Below, piece after piece: positions 57,196 through 64,000 of a stretch of 64,000 nucleotides of DNA. The stretch covers positions 1,412-65,411 of the IMG/VR virus record IMGVR_UViG_3300027863_001757. One strand, given 5' to 3'. Numbering within the stretch: the stretch's first letter is position 1; each line of letters begins with the position of its first letter. A program made the position numbers and the translations under genes. The notes under the pieces are model-generated. The model did no database searches, was not told where the DNA came from, and saw only the letters and a list, made by a program, of their open reading frames with translations. Origin of the DNA: a virus. Taxonomy: Duplodnaviria; Caudoviricetes.

Positions 57196-58014
57196 TTAAT
57201 GCCTGATCAGCTTGGCTGTCTCAAAGCCCAGCCGGAACCCTCCAATCCCGGCAAATAGTTCTGCGAATGTAAACTCTCCGCCGATTGTCTCCATGACCCG
57301 CTCCGCGAGCCATCTGGCTACTAACACGTTCACTGCGTTTCCAACGAGGATTCTACGGCGCGAGCGAGATAGTCCAGAAGTCCAGCCTCTGGGGAACCCC
57401 TGCAGGGATTCGCATTCGGTCGGATCGAGCATTCGTAGACCCCGTTCCGGCTCGTAACAGTAAGTGTCCTCCGCAGCCACCCGGTTGGGGTGCGCAGTAA
57501 GACACGCTGCAATGGGCGTTTCCTCTTCCACGCGCGACGCAGCAAACCCATAACCATCTGCGGCGTCAGATACAGCTCGCTCGAATCCGGTGCGCAAGGA
57601 AGAAGGGCATCCGATACAGAACTGCCGCCTGCGACTCTGACCTGTGAAATCACGAGCGTCGAGCGCGACAACAGCGATTCCGTATCCGAGCAGCTCCAGC
57701 CCGGCAGCAAAGTTGACAACATCTGGTGCACAAACATTCTCGCGGACCACCCACGATGGGCGAAGTCGCCCGACCACGGCAAGGAAGTATCCGGACAAAT
57801 CGGGATGCTTGCTGGGCCTATTCCCTCTGGCCAGGGAACGTGCAGGGCATGGATCTCCTCCGCAAACAACGTCGATTGTCCCCAGGCTCTCTGGTTCAAG
57901 CTCGTCGAGCACATCCCGGATATCTCCCTGGCACAGCGTCCCATCGTCCCAGTGCCTGCGGTATATCTCGCAGGCAAACCTGTCGATCTCGTTGGCCCAT
58001 ATACATCGGTTCAT
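57196..58014 (-). CDS. C5-cytosine DNA methyltransferase, circularly permuted (motif I at C-terminus)
   Basis: Order: II (CIWANEID), IV (GGDPC), VI (ENV), VIII (QSRRR), IX (ECESLQGFP), X (GNAVNV), then I (FAELFAGIGGFRLGFE). Confidence 0.85.
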   Translation of the reverse strand: MNRCIWANEIDRFACEIYRRHWDDGTLCQGDIRDVLDELEPESLGTIDVVCGGDPCPARSLARGNRPSKHPDLSGYFLAVVGRLRPSWVVRENVCAPDVVNFAAGLELLGYGIAVVALDARDFTGQSRRRQFCIGCPSSLRTGFERAVSDAADGYGFAASRVEEETPIAACLTAHPNRVAAEDTYCYEPERGLRMLDPTECESLQGFPRGWTSGLSRSRRRILVGNAVNVLVARWLAERVMETIGGEFTFAELFAGIGGFRLGFETAKLIRH

Positions 58015-58020
58015 AGAGGT

Positions 58021-58353
58021 TCACACTCGCACCGTCTCCACTATCTGCATCCGAAACGGCAGCCCATTGTGGACTTCCAGAGTCTGCACGACACCGTCGC
58101 CGAGTCTGTGGAACTGCCGCAACATCTCCATTACCTGTGCCTTGTCCTGGTAGTCACGGTCAATGATGATCGGCGTTCTTCTTGCATGCAGATCGAGCTT
58201 TATATCCTTGAGCACCTTCGTGCTCGGCTCGATGACCGGCTCGCCGCCGCGAACAATAAGGCCCTCGATCCTGCCGTAATGGATCTCCTGCATTAGCTGG
58301 AGCAGGTATCGTTCAGAGTGTGAAAGCGATACTTGAGGTCTCGGTGCGCTCAT
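58021..58353 (-). CDS. Hypothetical protein with duplicated G.I..L.V..G.P motif
   Basis: YGRIEGLIVRGGEP and DGVVQTLEVHNGLP; GGGAGG RBS. Confidence 0.75.
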   Translation of the reverse strand: MSAPRPQVSLSHSERYLLQLMQEIHYGRIEGLIVRGGEPVIEPSTKVLKDIKLDLHARRTPIIIDRDYQDKAQVMEMLRQFHRLGDGVVQTLEVHNGLPFRMQIVETVRV

Positions 58354-58506
58354 GTGAACCTCCCTTGCATCTATCTCTACAGTCAGGATAGCAGGGCGAG
58401 GGGGTGCAAAAGTGGTAGCGTATGTGGAGGCATTCGGGTAATGTTGCTAATAATGGAAATTTCATCTTCATCTCCGGTTGGGGAGGCAGGCTTATTGTAG
58501 TACCTC

Positions 58507-58543
58507 CACTGATTACTTACCGGAGAATGTTGAGAAGTGTCGG
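58507..58543 (-). promoter_or_regulatory. Degenerate copy 6 of the promoter-like motif (upstream of 58353/MTase/sigma block)
   Basis: CCGACACTT-N12-CGGTAAGTAATCAGTG; keeps CCGACACTT and GTAAnTAA at the same spacing. Confidence 0.6.
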
Positions 58544-58559
58544 GAGAGGGAGTTAGCCG

Positions 58560-59522
58560 CTAGATATTGAGTCGGTAGGTGCCGCGCTTCTTGCCCGGCC
58601 GGATCAGACATTTGAACGCTTCTTGGTCTCTGCAAAAAACGTCCCTGAGCCGTCGATCACACAAGGAGCCTATCTCCTCCATTATGTAATCTTTGCCGAC
58701 ATCGGGAGTACCGTTCCGGTAGGCTTCGCATAGGATTTGGATGACCTGAGACTGCGTAGAGGTGAGAGTGAACTCACGATCATTTACCAGTACACAATGG
58801 AAGTCCTGGGAGTAGAAGAACACATCATTCAGCGATAGAAGACCACCGCCTAAAGCTCGGCTGCAGAAACGGACAAGCATAACGTTGCACGAAGGGCTCG
58901 CCACTATCTTTTCGCTGCCGTCCATTGTCAGTATATCCGAAAGGGTGAACAGCGCGGATTTCCTCAAGCTCAGTATCTCCAGAACATCCGGCGGAAGCAG
59001 ATTGACGGTAGGCGCTATGATGATGAACGGTTCCGAATTCCTGGCAGCCAGCACAGAAATAACGCTGCGGTAATCTGCAGGCTCCGTCTGGATCGTCAGA
59101 ACCACGGGACACCTCACGCCCAACCGAGGCGAGTAATAGCCCATCTGAGTAGTCCAGCGCACATTGGGAATCTCGACTTCGGCAGGCTCCAGCGACAAGG
59201 CCTCAACAATTGTCCTGTGAAGCATCGGTCGGTCGAGTTCATAAATGATAATGTCAGATTTGGTCAGTCGAAACGTCTCGCATGCCTGCGGATTGCACGT
59301 GCAGACCCCGACTATGTCGTCCTCGCTGTGAATCACAACCCGATGATCGCATCCGCATATATATGACCGCATGCATGGGTAGCGTGTGGCGAGTTCCTGC
59401 ATCGGTCTGAGGAACACCTTCGCGCCCTCGTATTCCTCGCCCGCGAGTTGCTTCCATTCAAGTTCTACCGCCGCTGGCCCGATGATCATCTCACAAGCCG
59501 ACCAAAAACTCTTTTGTTTCAT
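58560..59522 (-). CDS. Hypothetical protein with C-terminal winged-helix-like domain
   Basis: Start MKQKSFW; C-terminal REFTLTSTQSQVIQILCEAY...IMEEIGS...RGTYRLNI wHTH-like pattern. Confidence 0.65.
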   Translation of the reverse strand: MKQKSFWSACEMIIGPAAVELEWKQLAGEEYEGAKVFLRPMQELATRYPCMRSYICGCDHRVVIHSEDDIVGVCTCNPQACETFRLTKSDIIIYELDRPMLHRTIVEALSLEPAEVEIPNVRWTTQMGYYSPRLGVRCPVVLTIQTEPADYRSVISVLAARNSEPFIIIAPTVNLLPPDVLEILSLRKSALFTLSDILTMDGSEKIVASPSCNVMLVRFCSRALGGGLLSLNDVFFYSQDFHCVLVNDREFTLTSTQSQVIQILCEAYRNGTPDVGKDYIMEEIGSLCDRRLRDVFCRDQEAFKCLIRPGKKRGTYRLNI

Positions 59523-59560
59523 TGTTCTTGCCTCCGGACCAGAGTCATCGCACGCCATCC

Positions 59561-60799
59561 TCACGTAATCCCGTCGGGCAGGCAGGACAGGACCGCATCG
59601 ATATCGTGCAGCCAGCAGTATACAAAGCCAAGCAGAAACACAAACAGCAAGTGGCCGCGCTGCACAAACCCGCGCAGTCTTAGCCACGGCTCTACCATTA
59701 CGCGGTCGCTGTCACGCTGGTAGTAGACCATGTTCGACGGCCGAAGCGCGACCTCGCGGGGCACATTTGAGTCGGAAAACCTGATGCTGAATCCTCCCTC
59801 GCTCAGCCTGGCGTTGTGCGGTATTTCTCTGGCCTCACCGGCCTTAATCGCTGCAAAAACGTCCTCCGCCTTTCTTATCTCCGTGCTTCTGAACATGCCG
59901 CCTATAACAAACTCGATTCTGCACAGCGTCACAAGCTCCATCCCCTCGACGTCCGAACAGACCAGCGCCCGCTCGCCGTCAGTTCTCAGAGGATCGAGTG
60001 TGTAGATTGCCGTGCCGGGAAAATGATGCTCATCGCCGAAGAAATGGCGGCCGAAATACCTGCGGTAGACTTCCCTTTCCACCGCGACGTCGGCATCGAT
60101 CTGCAACTCCCTTGCAGCAGGCTGGTAGATAAGCACATCATATCGTTCAGGTCGGTAGCATATACACGATGGCTCTCCGTTTGTGACACATCCCTCGCGC
60201 TTGATCGGCGCGCCGTGCCAGATAAGGAACCAGATGCCGTCCTGCTGAGGGTAGACAAAAACTCGACAGCCTCGACCGTGGCTTCTTTTGAACCGCTCAT
60301 CGAGATCGCCTTCAAAAGCCCTTATGATACTCGGAGACAGACCCCTGAACTCCGCGCCGCTTCGATTGCTCTCCTGGAAGTAGACGAGAGTGCAGGGCTT
60401 TATCAGGAACTGCTGCGCGTATATGTGCTCAAGGATGCTTCTGTCATGAAGCCATACCTGTACAGCCAGGTCGGCCGGTGAGAGGTCGGGATCATCAATA
60501 GGAACTCCATGTATTCCGGCCTCCTGCAGTAGATACTCCATCGCTTCCGGCGTCGCCACCTCACGAATGCAGTGCAGAGAGTCTATGAGTTCGCAGGGCA
60601 TGCTGGGATCTGATGTAATCAGGAGACGCATGAGTGCCGCATAGTCTATGGCGTTCACATTTGCGTCAATCCTCGATAAGTCGAGTCCCCTTGAAGAGAG
60701 GAACCCCGCATAGGGCGAGAGGAGCCGCGCCAGGTATTTCGGGGAAATAGTCTTGAGGTCGCCCGCGCGCGACAAATACTTTGCTGCATGAATTGCCAT
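59561..60799 (-). CDS. Hypothetical protein
   Basis: Start MAIHAAKYL behind AAGGAAGG; about 412 aa; no family recognised. Confidence 0.7.
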   Translation of the reverse strand: MAIHAAKYLSRAGDLKTISPKYLARLLSPYAGFLSSRGLDLSRIDANVNAIDYAALMRLLITSDPSMPCELIDSLHCIREVATPEAMEYLLQEAGIHGVPIDDPDLSPADLAVQVWLHDRSILEHIYAQQFLIKPCTLVYFQESNRSGAEFRGLSPSIIRAFEGDLDERFKRSHGRGCRVFVYPQQDGIWFLIWHGAPIKREGCVTNGEPSCICYRPERYDVLIYQPAARELQIDADVAVEREVYRRYFGRHFFGDEHHFPGTAIYTLDPLRTDGERALVCSDVEGMELVTLCRIEFVIGGMFRSTEIRKAEDVFAAIKAGEAREIPHNARLSEGGFSIRFSDSNVPREVALRPSNMVYYQRDSDRVMVEPWLRLRGFVQRGHLLFVFLLGFVYCWLHDIDAVLSCLPDGIT

Positions 60800-60976
60800 A
60801 CGCTGCCCTTCCTTGGTTAGCTGATTTTGCACTACGGGTTTCCGCCGCCCATAATGCCCAGCGGGCAGGCAGGACATAGCTAATTATTCCATGCATCAAC
60901 GCGGTTTTTGATATACACAAGCGTCACTCATTATTGACAATTAGTGTGCCAATGGTCTCGGACCTGCACCCGTTGC

Positions 60977-61013
60977 CCGACACTTCGTGGATTGCGATAG
61001 TAAATAACTAAGT
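60977..61013 (+). promoter_or_regulatory. Conserved 37-bp promoter-like motif, copy 5 (upstream of endolysin/recombinase operon)
   Basis: CCGACACTTCGTGGATTGCGATAGTAAATAACTAAGT on the + strand. Confidence 0.75.
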
Positions 61014-61027
61014 AGGGGAGCTTTTTA

Positions 61028-61261
61028 ATGGCCCTCGGAAACTTACCGCGAGGTGGAAACATGCAAAGCCGGACTTATTCCCAGCAGATCACCATGCCCG
61101 AACGGATATCTGAGGCTGCCGGAATACTGGCCGCCGGAATCATGCGCGCAAAACGCAGGCAGGCCAGGGGCACCCGCTCGTTCTCTGAAAAGAGACTTGA
61201 CTCTTCGGCGAATTCGAGCGTTCATTCATCTAACTCGAGTGCGAGAGGTGAGAAACTATGA
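61028..61261 (+). CDS. Small hypothetical protein of DUF2924-recombinase modules
   Basis: RISEAAGILAAGIMRAKRR pattern; ATGA overlap with the next gene. Start may be 61061. Confidence 0.55.
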   Translation: MALGNLPRGGNMQSRTYSQQITMPERISEAAGILAAGIMRAKRRQARGTRSFSEKRLDSSANSSVHSSNSSARGEKL

Positions 61262-61668
61262 GCGCCTCACGCGAAGGTCTGAACCCTGAGTTTGCGGCAA
61301 AACTTACGCTCTTTGAAAAGAAACTCGCCGCAAACGGCATCAAGGTAATGCTCACCTGTGGTTACAGGTCCATTGAAGAACAGAATCGCCTTTACGACCA
61401 GGGCCGGACCAAGCCCGGTAAGAAGGTAACCAACGCCCGCGGAGGTTACAGTTGGCACAACTGGGGGCTTGCTGCGGATTATGTGTTTATCATCAATGGC
61501 AAGGTCACGTGGGACGGCCCATGGGCGACGTTCGGCAAGATAGCGCGTGAGTCCGGCCTTGAGTGGGGCGGCGACTTTAAGAGCATAGTCGACCGGCCGC
61601 ACGTGCAGTGGACACAGGGAAAGACTCTCGCACAGATGCGCCGAGCTGCCGCTGCTAAGAAGAAGTAA
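61258..61668 (+). CDS. M15-family peptidase endolysin (L-Ala-D-Glu peptidase-like)
   Basis: GYRSIEEQNRLYDQGRT.PG..VTNARGGYSWHNWGLAAD...DRPHVQ. Confidence 0.92.
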   Translation: MSASREGLNPEFAAKLTLFEKKLAANGIKVMLTCGYRSIEEQNRLYDQGRTKPGKKVTNARGGYSWHNWGLAADYVFIINGKVTWDGPWATFGKIARESGLEWGGDFKSIVDRPHVQWTQGKTLAQMRRAAAAKKK

Positions 61669-61716
61669 CGCAGCCGGATGGAATCTGCCTGTCGCACTCA
61701 GACTGAGGAAGTGAGA

Positions 61717-62202
61717 ATGAAAGACTCTGTTTTACGGCAGATCGCGGATCTGCAAAACCTGTCCTATGATGAACTCAAGGGGCGATGGGCAATGCTTTAT
61801 GGCGGCGCACCGCCCGCCTACAACAGAACGTTCATCATAAAACGGTTGGCGCACCGAATACAGGAGCTTGCCTACGGCAGTCTGTCGGAGGCAACGCAGG
61901 CAAAGATGCGAGAGGTACTCGATACCTATGGCTTCGACGAAAACGGTTGCGACCGCACCACAAGACAAACCCAGCGAAAGAAGAGGCGCAGGCAGGATAT
62001 GCCGGTATCGGGGACCCGGCTTGTTCGCAACTGGAACGGCAGACGCTATGAGGTGATAGTAGTCCCCGGCGGCTTTGAGTATGAAGGAAAGAAATACCGG
62101 TCGCTGACAGCGGTTACCAAGGCCATAACAGGCTCCCATTGGAACGGCCGGGCCTTTTTTGGCTTCAGAAACGACACGGCCAAAAAAGGAGTCGAAGTAT
62201 GA
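61717..62202 (+). CDS. DUF2924-family protein
   Basis: RLAHRIQELAYG.L...GTRLVRNWNG...V...GFEYEGKKYRSLTAV..AITG.HWNG..FFG. Confidence 0.9.
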   Translation: MKDSVLRQIADLQNLSYDELKGRWAMLYGGAPPAYNRTFIIKRLAHRIQELAYGSLSEATQAKMREVLDTYGFDENGCDRTTRQTQRKKRRRQDMPVSGTRLVRNWNGRRYEVIVVPGGFEYEGKKYRSLTAVTKAITGSHWNGRAFFGFRNDTAKKGVEV

Positions 62203-63590
62203 GAAAGGCATCAATCAGCGCGCCCTGCATCCGCTGCGCGATCTATACACGCAAGAGTACTGACGAGGGTCTGGAACAGGAGTTCAACAGCCTTGACGCC
62301 CAACGTGAGGCATGCGAGGCATACGCCGTAAGCCAGCGTCATGAGGGCTGGATCGTTATTCCAACGATGTACGACGATGGCGGTTTCACCGGGGCGAATA
62401 TGGAGCGTCCGGCCCTGCGGAGGCTGATGAGCGACATCGAAGCCGGTATGGTCGACCTTGTGCTTGTGTACAAGGTCGACCGACTCTCTCGTTCACTCTT
62501 GGACTTCACTAAGCTCATCGAGGTTTTCGACCAGCGCGGCGTATCATTCGTCTCAATCACCCAGAGCTTTAACACCAGCACAGCGATGGGAAAGCTGGTC
62601 TTGAACATTTTGCTGTCGTTCGCCGAGTTTGAGCGCGCCATAATAGCCGAGAGAGTCCGCGACAAGATAGCCGGAGCCAAACGAAAAGGCAAGTTCACAG
62701 GCGGCACCCCAGTGCTCGGCTATGATGTGAATTCGGAAACGCATAAGCTGGTAGTAAACCCGCACGAAGCAAAGATAGTGCGGAACATCTTCAAGCGGTT
62801 CGCGGAAATAGGCTCCGGGCAGACCATCGCGAAAGAACTCAACGCGAAAGGTATTACCACCAAGTCGTGGACGACAAGAAAAAGCAAGTTCAGACCCGGC
62901 AAAGCCTGGGACGGCCCAGCCATCTACAGGATAATCGCAAACCCTGTCTACATCGGTCAGATAAAGCACAAGGAGAAGATATATCCCGGCGAGCATGAAG
63001 CAATAGTAACACAGGCTCTTTGGGACAGAGCGCATGCGATGATCCAACACGACGGCAGAGTCGGAAGCAGGGTCTCCGAGAAAGTCCCCGCGCTCTTGAA
63101 GGGGATTATCCGGTGCGGTCACTGCGATCATTCGATGTACCCCACATACACCAGACGCAAGGGCAAGACCTACCGCTATTACCTCTGCGTCAAAGCCTCA
63201 AAAGCCGGTTACGACACATGTCCCGTGAAGACAGTCGCTGCAGGGGAGATAGAGGATGCCGTAATAGGTCAGCTCAAGACGATATTCAGGTCGCCTGAGA
63301 TGATAGCGCAGACGTACTTCGCAACACAGGAGCTGATACTCGAAGAGCAGGCCGATGAGCGGATGTCCGCCGATGTAGCCGTAACAGAAGCCGAAGTAGC
63401 CGAGGCCCTGCGGCAGATCGGCGGAGTATGGGAGGAACTCTTTCCCGCCGAGAGGTCGCGCATAGTCCGGACTTTAGTCGAACAGGTAAGTGTTTACGAG
63501 AACGACCTCGACGTGCGCATTCGCACAGGCGGAATTCACTCGATAATATCAGAGATGAAAAAGCCGGAGGAAGAGGAATGTCTGGCATAA
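62199..63590 (+). CDS. Large serine recombinase (integrase)
   Basis: CAIYTRKS...Q...YDDGGFTG...RPAL..L...VYKVDRLSRS; recombinase domain; CGHC...YYLC zinc ribbon. Confidence 0.95.
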   Translation: MRKASISAPCIRCAIYTRKSTDEGLEQEFNSLDAQREACEAYAVSQRHEGWIVIPTMYDDGGFTGANMERPALRRLMSDIEAGMVDLVLVYKVDRLSRSLLDFTKLIEVFDQRGVSFVSITQSFNTSTAMGKLVLNILLSFAEFERAIIAERVRDKIAGAKRKGKFTGGTPVLGYDVNSETHKLVVNPHEAKIVRNIFKRFAEIGSGQTIAKELNAKGITTKSWTTRKSKFRPGKAWDGPAIYRIIANPVYIGQIKHKEKIYPGEHEAIVTQALWDRAHAMIQHDGRVGSRVSEKVPALLKGIIRCGHCDHSMYPTYTRRKGKTYRYYLCVKASKAGYDTCPVKTVAAGEIEDAVIGQLKTIFRSPEMIAQTYFATQELILEEQADERMSADVAVTEAEVAEALRQIGGVWEELFPAERSRIVRTLVEQVSVYENDLDVRIRTGGIHSIISEMKKPEEEECLA

Positions 63591-64000
63591 CACTTGAGAA
63601 GAATAGCGAATCCATCAGCGTCAGAATCCCGATGAAGATGAAACGGCGCGGCGGAAGGAAGCTGATAATAGTCCCGGAAGGACTGGAGAGTGTTACATCG
63701 GCCGGTAACGACCGTAACCTCCCTCTTGCTGCAGCGGTCGCACGAGGCTGGCATTGGAACGATCTGTTTCTTTCCGGCAGATACGGCACAATAGAGGAAC
63801 TCGCGAACAAGGTAGGCGTGGACAAGTCTTTCGTGACCAGAATGATGGGACTTGCGCTCCTTGCCCCGGACATAATCGATGCCATAATGGAAGGACGTGA
63901 ACCCGATGGTCTGACTTTCAAAGACCTGATGGTAAAGCCCTTGCCGCTTTCGTGGGAGGAGCAACGCTGTCTGATCTCCCCGAAGAAGCATCGTCCATAA
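63578..64000 (+). CDS. Conserved hypothetical protein accompanying DUF2924/serine recombinase (HTH-like)
   Basis: VRIPMKMKRRGGRKLIIVP...AVARGWHW..L..G.Y.TI.ELA...LALLAPDII.AI.EGR.P...PLPLSWEEQ. Confidence 0.85.
   Translation: MSGITLEKNSESISVRIPMKMKRRGGRKLIIVPEGLESVTSAGNDRNLPLAAAVARGWHWNDLFLSGRYGTIEELANKVGVDKSFVTRMMGLALLAPDIIDAIMEGREPDGLTFKDLMVKPLPLSWEEQRCLISPKKHRP

Larger units (their letters stand above)
1..64000. mobile_element. Temperate phage/prophage, contractile-tailed (myovirus-like); boundaries not inside the window or not identified
   Basis: Complete ordered modules: integration, regulation, replication, terminase, portal, head, neck, sheath/tube, baseplate, tail fibre region. No host housekeeping genes seen and no att site identified. 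Confidence 0.92.

Noticed and set aside
58330-58470. Possible 52-aa Cys-rich ORF (MKMKFPLL...) on the - strand upstream of 58353
   Set aside because: It overlaps the next gene out of frame, has no recognisable motif, and may just be leader sequence.
1-64000. CRISPR array, tRNA/rRNA genes, IS elements, attL/attR
   Set aside because: No regularly spaced repeats, RNA gene signatures or transposases seen by eye. The Cas4-like nuclease sits in a phage recombination module without other cas genes. The att sites probably lie outside the window.

Overview
The whole window reads as one temperate myovirus-like prophage, mostly on the - strand, and the left end runs off the window. From right to left it carries: a DUF2924/large serine recombinase integration module with an M15 endolysin; a regulatory block (permuted C5 methyltransferase, ECF-like sigma factor); a replication/recombination block (Cas4/RecB-like nuclease, AAA_24, DUF669, ERCC4, intein-containing RecD2, primase-helicase); terS, an inserted Xer-like cassette with a dif-like site, and terL; the head module (portal, MuF, protease/scaffold, decoration, major capsid); a contractile tail with an eCIS-like baseplate (sheath, gp19 tube, tape measure, LysM/X, gpD, gp5-OB, PAAR, gp25, J, I, DUF4815); and a partial amidoligase at the left edge. 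The head module is the most unusual part. Two DNA adenine methyltransferase domains are fused in frame to the prohead protease/scaffold. The MuF minor head protein is extended with HeH-like repeats, a HipA/PI3K-like kinase and a probable ART-like domain, followed by two small candidate immunity genes. An antisense nuclease-histone-fold fusion gene sits between these. Non-coding structure found by eye includes a 37-bp promoter-like motif in six copies at operon starts, a bistable RNA leader before the sigma gene, a -1 frameshift site and a dif-like site. All family assignments come from motif recognition without database searches. Start codons were adjusted from the ORF track where RBS or overlap evidence favoured a downstream start.
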